This document shows positions 44,946 through 55,896 of a DNA stretch of 64,000 nt, one piece after another. A program made the position numbers and the translations under genes. This stretch comes from TPA_inf: Saccharomyces. Taxonomy: Eukaryota. Within the stretch, counting starts at the first letter, position 1. Each line of letters starts with the position of its first letter. The notes beneath the pieces are model-generated. The model was given only the letters and a program-made list of their open reading frames with translations, did no database searches and had not been told where the DNA came from. The stretch covers positions 32,001 through 96,000 of the forward strand of contig BK006947.3 of the NCBI GenBank assembly GCA_000146045.2, given 5' to 3'.

Positions 44946-46520
44946 ATGGAACACCAAGCACTTCGAAGGCTTGTACTGTACTGCCCCAATTTCATCCGAC
45001 GTGGTGCTCTTAGGCAAAATATGACTAGAGTGAGCTGTAGACATATGTCAGGCAAGGGTGGAGGGAGAGATGAGAAAGGTGATTGCAATGAAGAAAAGGA
45101 TTCTTCCAAAGATTTGGGGAGGGTACCGTCGAAGATGAAACGAGCATATGATGGTGAAACAGTTATTAAAGAGGGAGATTCGCATGCTGAGTCGCTAGCG
45201 CAGCAGGGAAAGCAGCCCACAGACCTCGCATATAACAGCAGATCGAAGATATCTGGTTCTAATTTGCATTTATTGGTTCCTAGAGTTGCGTCTACAGACT
45301 ATATTTCGAATAAAGAGGTTCACACGGAGGGCCTGTTTGCCGGCTATCGACCCTTGTTTCTGGGGAACTCAGGTTTTCCGTCTGATGCAAGAAAGGGTAA
45401 AAACTTTCATGAGTTAGACGACGTTCTTCCCAATATACAGGTAGTGGACGCTTCCGAGAAAGATGGCAAACTCAATGTGCAGGAGATTATTGAGGACTTA
45501 CAAAGAACAAGTTTGAGAGAAAGCATTCATAGTATGGAACAGTTACCATCTTCGCACAAACGTAAACCCGTAATACCGTGGGACGCATCTATAAGTGGCA
45601 TGGTTTATAATGACATGCCTTTCAAATATGTGCCCAAAAATATTATTCTGAAAATGAAGCCATTTAAACTTTTGCGTATTGAGAGAAAAAGTCAAGCGAA
45701 GAATGCAAGAAAGCCTACTATGATAAAACTTCAGTTTCACAATCGAAGAATCAATGACACCCCAGAGTTAGTGAATTTATACCATAATAAATCCCGTTTG
45801 CACGAGTCACTTTACAATACAAAACCCCTTCAAGAATCTGGATATTCAAGTGCAAATACAAGTAAAAGACAGAAAATGTTAAAAGCAAGAAGCGACTTTG
45901 AACATAAACAGAAAAATTATGCATACAAACACACATTTATCAAAAATGATCAGGAACTGTTCCGCAATGAACTAACTAAGTTAAATAAGATACTTGCTAG
46001 AGAATTCAAAAAATTGACAAAGCTATCCATACATAATGAGTTCAAGAGAGAACACTTGCCCCTGGCCGTTTATGTGAGCAAATCAAAGGGCACAAAGAAA
46101 CTGTTTAGAAGATCACTGAAGATGAAAATCATGGACCACATATACCCAGTTTATACCACGATATTGTCAACTTTAACAAATTCCAGAGACTCTAAGAAAT
46201 TTGAAAACAAAATCAAGGCGTATATTGAAAAAATCATAGTGCGGTTATCAGATGAAGTACCATCCACATATTTTTTCCAAGATGGCGTAGATTGTATTAT
46301 TCAACCAAGTCCGATTCATAATTTCAAGAGAATGCATTGGTTAAGATACACCAAGAGGCACAATACCTTTTGGGGGAGGACTATACATAAGGACGTTCAA
46401 GTCAGCTTCAATGACAAGTATGTTGTTACTAGGAGCGGCGTGAGGTATACGAGGTATCCCACTAATTTGAATACACAATTATTGGAAACTGCATTTGAAG
46501 AATGGGACTACTATGAGTGA
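44946..46520 (+). CDS. MRX6: Mitochondrial protein of poorly defined function, 524 aa
   Basis: ATG at 44946. N-terminal basic/hydroxylated presequence-like region. The 524 aa length and position match YNL295W. Confidence 0.7.
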
Positions 46521-46658
46521 TTTTGCATTGAGTACTTATCCACTGCTCTATTATGTGACATATTCGCAATTCGTGTAAATATTATGCATATGCATCTTGA
46601 GCATGCATGGAATATATAAATATGTAGGTTTGTTGTAATACTGTTTCTGCTGTGTCCT

Positions 46659-48260
46659 TCAAATATGGCCTATATGGTCGCTGGTAAAAGTGGCAGAGCT
46701 ATTGTTATTGCCTTCACTGCCAACTTCATATTCATCGTCATCTTCATCTTCCGCGTTCTCATCGTCATCTTCATCTGAATTGAAAACGACATCCTTTGTC
46801 GAATAAATGTATATGCCTGGTTTGTCTAATCCCAACCGTTTCCTGACCATGGCCTTTCTCTGTTTGGTTTTTTCATTTTTCGAGCTGCTGCTATTATTGT
46901 GGCCTACGCTTTTCTGGACGATTTGGTCTGTAAAGTATAAAATTTTATCACGCGCATAGCCTAATTTCTTCAGCGCTACATCTTTATAAGTTCCCCTATC
47001 ATTGAAATGCATTCGATCAATGCTTCTGCCCACTGATATCTGATCTTCTGGGTCGTAGCGTGATATGGTCTGTAAATCACATACTTCCGAATTACTTGAC
47101 GTATCGTGCCGATCCGTTGATGCGTCCTGAGATTCCCTCCTGGTTAAAGCGTTTTGAACCCTTAAGGCGTACTTGGCAAACCGATAGTCTTGTTGCTCTT
47201 CCTCGAAGATAGGTCTTCCCAAAATGCTTTGCGCTTCCTCTTTTCTTTCCAAAACATTTAATCTATCCAGCCACTCCCATGTGATCACGGTCGAAGTGAC
47301 ATAGCATGTCGTGTTAAACACTTCACCCAGTTCCGATATCCATAAGTTCGACACATCGGCAAGGAAGAAACCCGGTAATAGAAGCACCACAAGAATAGTC
47401 AATAGCGTAAGTAAACCCATTTGATTGAATTTAAACCACAATTTTTTTTTCTGCCAGATGTGATAAATGACGATTGATGCATATGACGTGGCGATGGCAA
47501 TACGGAAAAGGTAAACAAATGGCCGCAGAATCTGCCAGTCATTTCTGTGTTTTGTAGTATGGTTAGCAAACGGTGGAATTACCCATAAAATATTTGCGGT
47601 TATTGTTAATATCACCCCAATAAAAAAAATTATTCTCTTTTCCTGAGCTCTTTGAAATAGCCTAATGACAATGCCGACTTGGCAAAATTGGAACATTAAA
47701 GTAGCCAAGAAATCCAAGACAACAAATGTCATATCATCGGAAAAGATGTGCATAATGGAATGAGCCCGAACGACACCATAGACATTGTGCTCTTTTTCCA
47801 ATCTCCGCAACACCTTCGTGATAAAAATCGTTAAGTTCAACGAGGCTAACAACGAGGCTATCCTCAGTAGTTGTAGAATTCTCTTATATGCGCGCCCGCT
47901 GATATTTATACAGCATATCACAGTCAGGAACACTGTGATGACAAAATTAGAAGTTATCGACAAAATCACAGCATAAATCGCATACTCAGCAGAACCGCCG
48001 ACATAATCGCTTACTTGAATGAATTTTTGCCAGTCATTGATCACCTCATCAAGATACCTATATGGGGAAGAGTTTCTTAGCACCGTAGATACATAAACGG
48101 GCACTCTTTCACAGCAGAAACTCCTAAAAGTAATATCTTCTGCATATACTGCCGAATTGTCATAAAGAGGCAATTGTATCAGCACCCCTGAACCTAGCTT
48201 CATTGGATGACAGCTATTGTAAGCAGCCAATTCTTCTGGACTATGTCTCCACAAGTTCAT
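46659..48260 (-). CDS. RIM21: Plasma-membrane pH-sensor component of the RIM101 pathway (PalH family), 533 aa
   Basis: ATG at 48260. Seven TM segments in the N-terminal half, an acidic C-terminal tail (DEDDDENAEDEDDDE). Length 533 aa. Confidence 0.85.
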   Translation of the reverse strand: MNLWRHSPEELAAYNSCHPMKLGSGVLIQLPLYDNSAVYAEDITFRSFCCERVPVYVSTVLRNSSPYRYLDEVINDWQKFIQVSDYVGGSAEYAIYAVILSITSNFVITVFLTVICCINISGRAYKRILQLLRIASLLASLNLTIFITKVLRRLEKEHNVYGVVRAHSIMHIFSDDMTFVVLDFLATLMFQFCQVGIVIRLFQRAQEKRIIFFIGVILTITANILWVIPPFANHTTKHRNDWQILRPFVYLFRIAIATSYASIVIYHIWQKKKLWFKFNQMGLLTLLTILVVLLLPGFFLADVSNLWISELGEVFNTTCYVTSTVITWEWLDRLNVLERKEEAQSILGRPIFEEEQQDYRFAKYALRVQNALTRRESQDASTDRHDTSSNSEVCDLQTISRYDPEDQISVGRSIDRMHFNDRGTYKDVALKKLGYARDKILYFTDQIVQKSVGHNNSSSSKNEKTKQRKAMVRKRLGLDKPGIYIYSTKDVVFNSDEDDDENAEDEDDDEYEVGSEGNNNSSATFTSDHIGHI

Positions 48261-48639
48261 GTTTGCAGAATCGACTATTCATCGAGTGTCTTCCTCCTTA
48301 TGTGCTACTAAAAACGATAGTCTAAAATGACTGATTAAGTGCGCACAGGAAAGAAGAAAACAGGTAAAGGACACCGAATCTGTAGTACCAGTCTTTTGTC
48401 TTTCTTGTAACTAAACGATGTGGGTTGCTCTTCTAAAGTACTTATCTTTACTCGCCGATACAACGGGTTCCATCTTCTCTTTCAATAGCTGCTATTTTTC
48501 TGTTCGGGCAGTATCAGAATTAACAGGATCAAACCTCGTTTATGTCACGTAGAAAGAAAGTAGCTAAAAATAGCTAAAGGGACATCTAGAAGCTTTGTAG
48601 GAGTCAAAGAGTTGCGCACCCAGAACCATTGTAATTAGC

Positions 48640-50541
48640 ATGCAGAACGATCAACAGAGGTTCTCCCTGCAAAATAGGACGGTACTGGCGCATCCATACA
48701 AAAGGCTAGGAGGGGCATTTACGGTGAAATCACCGTCTGTTCCTAACTTTCATGATAAAATGCATTCAGATCATAGTTCTAGCGACTCAGCTCTGGTGAA
48801 CGGAAGCTTTAGAGCGAATGATCATCGCTCTGTGGAACCAAGTTGTTTGGGCCAAGCATCCCCCTCTGAACATGATGGGAATTTAAGCGTTATTGACCTG
48901 TATGGAGACGAAGTGGAATCCCAACGTGCCGAAGGAGAGGATGATGATGATAATAATGGCGATAATGGTAACGAAGATCTGGAGGAAGTGCACAGTGATG
49001 ACCTCGATTTGGTTCCTGATGATGACAACCGTCAGCGTGTAGAATTGGAGGGTGCCGCTAGTGCCACAAGTGCGAATTCCAATGGAATCAACAATACCCA
49101 TTTTGATCGATACGGTTTCAAAAAACAGAATAATTACATATCTGAAGCAGAATACGATAAGTGGTGGGTAGAATATTCGCAGTACTGCGTTCGCCGTAAG
49201 CACAAATGGCAATTGCTGTTGGAGAAAAGTGGGTTGCCAGTGACCGATGATTCTCCTTCACGATTTCCATCAAAGAGTGAACGGTTAAAAAGGTATGTCA
49301 GAAAGGGCATTCCAGCGGAATGGAGAGGAAATGCATGGTGGCATTTCGCTAGAGGGCAAGAGAAGTTAAACAAGAATAAAGGCGTCTATTCACAACTTTT
49401 ACGAAAGATGAAGCAGATCAAGAAACAAAACCCTAATGAAAAACAAGTTCAAGACTTGGATATTATTGAACGTGACTTGAATAGAACATTTCCGGACAAT
49501 ATACATTTCCAAAGTAGCTTGCATAACAAAGAGGGACCTCCGATTATAAAATCTTTACGCCGGGTGCTTGTTGCGTTCTCTCTCTACAATCCGAAGATTG
49601 GCTATTGTCAATCTATGAACTTTCTTGCAGGCTTGCTATTGTTATTTTTAGACGAGGAAAGGGCCTTTTGGATGCTAGTGATTATTACTTCAAGATACCT
49701 ACCGGGGGTGCATAATATCAATCTAGAAGGTGTTAACATCGACCAAGGGGTACTGATGCTATGTGTCAAAGAATATATTCCAGAAGTTTGGTCGTACATT
49801 AAGCCTTCCATTGACCACCACCAAAAAAATAACAAAACTTTTTCTCCGTCAAATAAAAAAGTTTTATTCAATATGCAAAAGAATGAGTTCTTGTACAGAC
49901 TTCCGCCCATTACTTTGTGCACGGCGAGCTGGTTCATGAGTTGCTTTGTCGGTGTAGTGCCGATAGAGACCACGCTTAGAATATGGGATTGTCTGTTTTA
50001 CGAGGAATCACATTTTCTATTCAAAGTTTCGTTGGCTGTCTTAAAATTGAGCGAGCATGACCTTTCGAAAATAAAACCTCGTAACAATTCGTTGAATTAT
50101 TCTTGGGGCTCTAACTTAAACCAGAGAGGCGGATCAATGGGCCAAGAAGATAGCGATATGGAAATTTTTCAGGTCATACAGACATTCCCTAAGACATTAT
50201 TGAACCCAAATGAGATCTTTGAGAAAATCATTTTCAAAAGGAGATTTAATTTAAATAGGTTAGATCAGGATGAAATAGACAGGTGTCGAAAATTTGTTGC
50301 CGCTCAGCGTCTCAAATTTAAGACATATGGTGAACTTCTTGGAAATTCAACATCAGAGGCAGATTTGCCAATTAATGATAATACAGATAATAAAGGTATC
50401 CACATAACAAGTGATGCAGTCAATGAAGCATTATCTTCAGAGGTATATGGGTTTAAAAAGAGCCTAGCTGGAGTTCATTGGAATAATAGCATCAAGGAGA
50501 AAGTGAAGCAGATGAGGAAGAAAAAAGACAAGGGTGACTAA
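48640..50541 (+). CDS. MSB3: TBC-domain Rab GTPase-activating protein, 633 aa
   Basis: ATG at 48640. TBC arginine finger IIERDLNRTFP and glutamine finger YCQSMNFLAG. Confidence 0.9.
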   Translation: MQNDQQRFSLQNRTVLAHPYKRLGGAFTVKSPSVPNFHDKMHSDHSSSDSALVNGSFRANDHRSVEPSCLGQASPSEHDGNLSVIDLYGDEVESQRAEGEDDDDNNGDNGNEDLEEVHSDDLDLVPDDDNRQRVELEGAASATSANSNGINNTHFDRYGFKKQNNYISEAEYDKWWVEYSQYCVRRKHKWQLLLEKSGLPVTDDSPSRFPSKSERLKRYVRKGIPAEWRGNAWWHFARGQEKLNKNKGVYSQLLRKMKQIKKQNPNEKQVQDLDIIERDLNRTFPDNIHFQSSLHNKEGPPIIKSLRRVLVAFSLYNPKIGYCQSMNFLAGLLLLFLDEERAFWMLVIITSRYLPGVHNINLEGVNIDQGVLMLCVKEYIPEVWSYIKPSIDHHQKNNKTFSPSNKKVLFNMQKNEFLYRLPPITLCTASWFMSCFVGVVPIETTLRIWDCLFYEESHFLFKVSLAVLKLSEHDLSKIKPRNNSLNYSWGSNLNQRGGSMGQEDSDMEIFQVIQTFPKTLLNPNEIFEKIIFKRRFNLNRLDQDEIDRCRKFVAAQRLKFKTYGELLGNSTSEADLPINDNTDNKGIHITSDAVNEALSSEVYGFKKSLAGVHWNNSIKEKVKQMRKKKDKGD

Positions 50542-50805
50542 CTTTTGCTTCCTGTTTTTGTTTTTGCATAAACAAATATGTGATAATTAACTAGCATATA
50601 AAACATATACATATACACAGACTTATTTTTTTTTGAGCATCTATATTTCAGAGAATTTTGTTTGGCGTTTTTTCTCTGGTATTGATCTGGCAATTTTCCA
50701 TGATATCTTCTAACAGCGAGGTGAAAAATTTGTTAAAGATGAGCTAAGCTTGTAAATTGTGTAAGTTAGGGCATCACATAAAAAGAAAACTCAATCAAGG
50801 GGAAC

Positions 50806-52017
50806 ATGAATGGAATATTTGCTATTGAGAAGCCTAGCGGTATTACATCCAATCAGTTTATGCTAAAGTTGCAACATGCTTTAACTAAAAGTCAAGTATT
50901 CTCGAAGGAAATTCAAAGGGCAACAGCGGAAAGAAAGCAGCAATATGAAAAACAGACAGGTAAGAAGGCCAGCAAGAGGAAACTTCGTAAAGTCTCAAAG
51001 GTAAAGATGGGACACGGAGGCACTTTGGATCCGTTGGCCTCTGGTGTCCTGGTAATTGGGATTGGAGCGGGCACCAAAAAACTTGCAAATTATCTTTCAG
51101 GCACCGTTAAAGTCTATGAAAGTGAAGCCCTGTTTGGTGTTTCCACTACTTCAGGAGATGTAGAAGGTGAGATTTTGTCCCAGAACTCCGTTAAACATTT
51201 AAATTTCGATGATTTAAAGACTGTGGAGGAAAAATTTGTTGGACAATTAAAGCAGACGCCGCCAATATACGCAGCTTTGAAGATGGATGGCAAACCCCTG
51301 CATGAATATGCTCGAGAAGGAAAGCCTTTACCTAGAGCCATTGAGCCCAGACAAGTTACTATTTATGACTTGAAGGTGTTTTCAGACTCTCTTAAACGTG
51401 ATCATGACTATCCCTTATTGAGGCCCACTACAGAAGAAGCTGTTGATACCGTGAAAAATTTGAATGCAAACATGCTAAACGATGTTTTATACTTTTCAAA
51501 AGAATATACAGAGAAGCACGGCCTTGATTCTGAGGTGGCAAAGGTAGAAGAACCATTTCCGCTGAGTGAACAAGAAGAGCAAGAAATCCAAAAAGAAGGA
51601 GATTCTTATAGGGCTCCAAAATTGCACTTCAAAGCTAATGTGTCTTCTGGAACATACATAAGGTCCTTAGTGAGCGACATCGGTAAATCTATGAGGAGCT
51701 CATGTTATATGGTGAAATTGATACGTTTGCAACAGCAGGACTGGTCTCTTGAAAAAAATAATGTGTTCCAATTAACGGATTTTACTGAAAGAGACGAGAA
51801 GGTGTGGAGTAAGGTACTGGAGAAGGTTCTAGACGAGGGAGCAACTGTTGATGTTATAGAAGAGCTAAAGAAAGCAGAAAAGGAAATACCAGCGGACGTG
51901 AAGGAATGTATAGTTTCGAGTGATCAACCTGGTGATGAGGCTACGGCTGAAACAATTGAAACTGCTAACGCCGAAGAACATTCTAATACACTAAAAAGAA
52001 AAATCGAACAGGTGTAA
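50806..52017 (+). CDS. PUS4: tRNA pseudouridine-55 synthase (TruB family), 403 aa
   Basis: ATG at 50806. TruB catalytic motif GHGGTLDPLASGVL with the catalytic Asp. Confidence 0.9.
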   Translation: MNGIFAIEKPSGITSNQFMLKLQHALTKSQVFSKEIQRATAERKQQYEKQTGKKASKRKLRKVSKVKMGHGGTLDPLASGVLVIGIGAGTKKLANYLSGTVKVYESEALFGVSTTSGDVEGEILSQNSVKHLNFDDLKTVEEKFVGQLKQTPPIYAALKMDGKPLHEYAREGKPLPRAIEPRQVTIYDLKVFSDSLKRDHDYPLLRPTTEEAVDTVKNLNANMLNDVLYFSKEYTEKHGLDSEVAKVEEPFPLSEQEEQEIQKEGDSYRAPKLHFKANVSSGTYIRSLVSDIGKSMRSSCYMVKLIRLQQQDWSLEKNNVFQLTDFTERDEKVWSKVLEKVLDEGATVDVIEELKKAEKEIPADVKECIVSSDQPGDEATAETIETANAEEHSNTLKRKIEQV

Positions 52018-52168
52018 AAAAGAGGAAGTTCGAACCATTTTTTTTTTTGGTCTTGTGAAGACTACGCTCTCATTTTATCTATTTTTTTATGTGTATATAT
52101 GATTTAAAAAAAATCGATGTACTTATGCATTTAAATCGTTCAATTTTTTTGTGATAGTTCGGTCTCTT

Positions 52169-53815
52169 CTACGTATCGTCCAATGGATGAATTACCATCA
52201 AGGATGAGTTACCTATATAATTACAGGTTGAGTAGTCAGTGTCCATATAGAAATTGTAACTTTGATAAAGAAGATCTTCCGTAGTAAGATCATTCGGACA
52301 GGAAAATTGAAAATCGCTTGGGCAATTTCGTACTAATGTATAGCACATGTCAATACAAGGTAGAATTTCGTAATAGTCATCCAAAGGTTTAATAAATTTA
52401 TTCAAATAATCATTACGGTTGTGACTTTTATCTCTGTGGATGTAGTATTGGGAAGACGTCGTGGTGCATCTCGGAATTGATACTGCACATACCCAATCAC
52501 GATAAGCTTCGGCACAATCGTCACAAGTCATGACCGGAGAATATCTTGCGTCTTTGTCTGCGTCACAGGATATTAACTGTAGAGCTTTGCTAAAATTTGC
52601 ATATAGTGCCTCTGCAATGTGGTCATATGTCTGCGCCATGAGAGTTTTATTACCCACAGAAAATGAGGATGTAGGAACAGAGTAAGCGACGTCACTGCAG
52701 AAGTCCAAACCAAAGATCAAAGAGCAGACATCGGTACTTCTTGTGGTAAAATAAACATGTGAAAATAAAATGCCGCCCACACTTGACAACCCATCACCAT
52801 TACTGATTTTCTTTGTCAGGTACGCTACATAAGTTGTTGAGGCATTCAGTCCTGTCACGTAAAACATTTCTGTCACGCTACCACCATATTCTGTAATTTT
52901 TTTTTGAATCGCCAAGTCAGTACGCTCTAAAGGATTTGTACTATTTGACGTAACTGTTGCATTTGATGTATTTTGGGAAGACACTAAATATGGTCCATTT
53001 TTCACAGCACAAAGAGATAAATTATAGTTTTGGTTTAGTTGAACAGAATCTTCGTACGAGTAAACATACAGATCGTACAAGGATGGATCATATATTGAAT
53101 AATTGTGATAAACTTTGGCGTCTGCGGTGACATTCCCCGTTGATAGTAATGCAGAATTCATATCAGTGTCCAGGACCTCTACCCAAGGCCTTACATCCCA
53201 CTGAAAAACCAAATCGTTCTCAGAGATACTCAGTCTATATTCCCAATTTTCAGAGGCGTCGGAACTGGACAGAGGTTGCTCCGTAGTGGAATTCACTAGC
53301 TCAGCGACCACATAAAGATTTGAATACGTGGAGGTAGCGTTCGAGCTAGAAGACTGCACTGGACTGATGGCTAATGCTTGGATGTAGCCATCCTGAAAAA
53401 CTGCACTTTGACCTATATTTGGGTTCTCTAAAACCGTTTCATTAAAAGAGTAGTATATTGTTAAATCCACATCTGATCTATTCATGGGCATTTGGCATAT
53501 ATTGCCGCTAATAAACATTAACACTTCATACGTGGGAGCAAACCCATAACCGGAGGCTTCTGCGTCAATGGTAAATACAAAACTGTCTTTTTTGCCCGCT
53601 GTTATGTTAGATAAGATCGGGGTCCATTCATAAATGCTATCCGAATTGATGATTGTTTGTTGACCAGTAGCCATAACGTTTTTCTCCCATCTATTTAGGC
53701 TGGGAAACTTTAAGGAAATATTCTTATTTGCGAAAGGATTGAAGTCTTGGAATAAACCGTGAATAGAAGTGGTAAATAGGCAGTAAACCACGAATAGTGC
53801 TTGCCACACTATCAT
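52169..53815 (-). CDS. MID1: Stretch-activated Ca2+-channel regulatory subunit, N-glycosylated with a Cys-rich C-terminus, 548 aa
   Basis: ATG at 53815. Signal peptide, many NxS/T sites, and a C-terminal cluster of conserved cysteines. Confidence 0.85.
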   Translation of the reverse strand: MIVWQALFVVYCLFTTSIHGLFQDFNPFANKNISLKFPSLNRWEKNVMATGQQTIINSDSIYEWTPILSNITAGKKDSFVFTIDAEASGYGFAPTYEVLMFISGNICQMPMNRSDVDLTIYYSFNETVLENPNIGQSAVFQDGYIQALAISPVQSSSSNATSTYSNLYVVAELVNSTTEQPLSSSDASENWEYRLSISENDLVFQWDVRPWVEVLDTDMNSALLSTGNVTADAKVYHNYSIYDPSLYDLYVYSYEDSVQLNQNYNLSLCAVKNGPYLVSSQNTSNATVTSNSTNPLERTDLAIQKKITEYGGSVTEMFYVTGLNASTTYVAYLTKKISNGDGLSSVGGILFSHVYFTTRSTDVCSLIFGLDFCSDVAYSVPTSSFSVGNKTLMAQTYDHIAEALYANFSKALQLISCDADKDARYSPVMTCDDCAEAYRDWVCAVSIPRCTTTSSQYYIHRDKSHNRNDYLNKFIKPLDDYYEILPCIDMCYTLVRNCPSDFQFSCPNDLTTEDLLYQSYNFYMDTDYSTCNYIGNSSLMVIHPLDDT

Positions 53816-54087
53816 CCTTAGAAATAATACTGCCGCTGGACAGAAATTGTAGTGTTACGGGTTTTACTGCAATTCAGTATGGCAGTTAAGCCAGTCAAGT
53901 ATTTGAGAAATAGCCAAAACGGTACGTCAGCCGGTCGAAATTATTAGGGAAATTTTCCGCAACCAATGGCTCAGTTTCAGTAACCTGTTCTTGAGAAAAC
54001 AACACGTTTACTTGTAGAGTTACTATTGCGGTCCGATGGCAGCGAAACTATATCATTATTATATTATGTATGGCTTCTCAATTTTGA

Positions 54088-54112
54088 TCTTTTTTTTTTT
54101 TGGTCAGTACGC
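54088..54112. promoter_or_regulatory. T13 tract (54088-54100) followed by an MCB-like ACGCGA (54107-54112) about 110-130 bp upstream of RFC3
   Basis: Read directly: cttttttttttttggtcagtACGCGAtttt. Confidence 0.5.
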
Positions 54113-54217
54113 GATTTTGAAAGAAATGGAAAGAAGCTATAAAGAGCACAGGATAAATATCTTTTCAAAGCTTGAATAATTTTATAAAAGGTGTAGGAAC
54201 AGGCCCGACATACAAGA

Positions 54218-55240
54218 ATGTCGACAAGTACAGAGAAGAGGAGCAAAGAAAACCTTCCATGGGTTGAAAAATACAGACCCGAAACGTTGGACGAAGTGTA
54301 CGGACAAAATGAGGTGATCACCACAGTTCGTAAATTTGTAGATGAAGGTAAATTGCCACATCTTCTATTCTATGGGCCTCCAGGTACCGGTAAAACTTCT
54401 ACAATTGTTGCTTTGGCACGTGAGATATATGGTAAGAATTACTCGAACATGGTTTTGGAGCTGAATGCATCCGATGACAGAGGTATTGATGTGGTGAGGA
54501 ATCAAATTAAAGACTTTGCCTCTACAAGACAAATCTTCTCTAAAGGGTTCAAGTTAATTATACTGGATGAAGCAGATGCCATGACCAATGCCGCACAAAA
54601 TGCGTTGAGAAGAGTTATAGAACGGTACACCAAGAATACGCGGTTCTGTGTATTGGCCAATTATGCGCATAAACTTACACCTGCGTTATTGAGTAGGTGC
54701 ACGAGATTCAGATTTCAGCCCTTGCCCCAAGAGGCCATTGAGCGTCGGATAGCCAACGTCTTGGTGCATGAGAAGCTGAAGTTGTCTCCTAATGCGGAGA
54801 AGGCCTTAATAGAACTTTCTAATGGGGATATGAGACGTGTGTTAAACGTTTTGCAGTCTTGCAAAGCTACTTTAGACAATCCCGACGAGGATGAGATCAG
54901 TGACGACGTTATCTATGAATGCTGTGGGGCACCCAGACCAAGTGACTTAAAGGCAGTATTGAAGTCGATACTGGAGGACGATTGGGGTACCGCCCACTAC
55001 ACACTTAATAAGGTACGCAGTGCCAAGGGTCTCGCGTTGATCGACCTAATCGAGGGCATAGTGAAGATACTGGAAGACTACGAACTTCAAAATGAGGAAA
55101 CAAGAGTGCATTTGCTTACCAAACTGGCCGATATAGAGTACTCGATATCCAAGGGTGGCAACGACCAGATTCAGGGCAGCGCGGTCATTGGCGCCATCAA
55201 GGCCAGCTTCGAGAACGAAACTGTTAAAGCCAACGTATAA
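54218..55240 (+). CDS. RFC3: Replication factor C small subunit (AAA+ clamp loader), 340 aa
   Basis: ATG at 54218. Walker A GPPGTGKTS, Walker B LDEADAMT, and the SRC motif LSRCTRF. Confidence 0.9.
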   Translation: MSTSTEKRSKENLPWVEKYRPETLDEVYGQNEVITTVRKFVDEGKLPHLLFYGPPGTGKTSTIVALAREIYGKNYSNMVLELNASDDRGIDVVRNQIKDFASTRQIFSKGFKLIILDEADAMTNAAQNALRRVIERYTKNTRFCVLANYAHKLTPALLSRCTRFRFQPLPQEAIERRIANVLVHEKLKLSPNAEKALIELSNGDMRRVLNVLQSCKATLDNPDEDEISDDVIYECCGAPRPSDLKAVLKSILEDDWGTAHYTLNKVRSAKGLALIDLIEGIVKILEDYELQNEETRVHLLTKLADIEYSISKGGNDQIQGSAVIGAIKASFENETVKANV

Positions 55241-55556
55241 TCGACGCAAATATGTATAGATACAATATGTACAGAACAACTGCATTGTGCAATATAACAA
55301 CATAACACAACGCCCAGAACGAAATAAAAAAAATAAAAGAAATAGATGAAAGCATTTTCAATTTGCATACCGGAAACCGTAAATCAATTGGCGTCTAGCT
55401 AACAACTGAGAATGCGAATCGCCAAATTGTTACAGAAAGTAGCATTCCGTTACGTGATCTGTACTTTAACCTCTTGGACGTAAAGAATGGCAGAACTCTG
55501 GCTCTAGTGTTCTGCGAATGCCAGATCGGGAAATATTTCCCAAAAGGGCAACAGCG

Positions 55557-55609
55557 GCACGAACAAGAATTTCGTGTTAAAAATCGCGTCCGGCGCGAAA
55601 TTTTTCGCG
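55557..55609. promoter_or_regulatory. SBF/MBF element cluster about 290-340 bp upstream of PCL1: CACGAAC (55558-55564), TTTCGTG (rc CACGAAA, 55570-55576), and the palindrome CGCGAAAtttTTCGCG (55594-55609)
   Basis: Read directly: ggCACGAACaagaaTTTCGTGttaaaaatcgcgtccggCGCGAAAtttTTCGCGgagg. Confidence 0.8.
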
Positions 55610-55896
55610 GAGGCATGCGACGCAAAAGCGACTCGAAATGTCGGGAGCCAAATGAGGCTACAAGGCTGTGGGCAGATTTTGGCGTTATTATGGAGAATAA
55701 AAGGAATGGTAGCTTCCATATAGCGATAGGAAAACATATATAAGGTCAATAGGCCTACATGGTAATGGGATTGATAAGCTTGTCCTTAACTCTTGTGTCT
55801 TGGAATTACTATTGCGTACATCAGCAATCATCCATTGTCAAGAACAAAAACGATAACAAAAACAATCAATTATACAAATAACAGTAAAGTAATAAA

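Noticed and set aside
52020-52052. tRNA-like T-loop string: reverse complement reads TGGTTCGAACTTCC just 3' of PUS4, next to a T11 run
   Set aside because: Only the GGTTCGAAC heptamer resembles a T-arm. No acceptor, D or anticodon stems can be formed from the flanking poly-A/poly-T sequence. Most simply it is the PUS4 terminator region.
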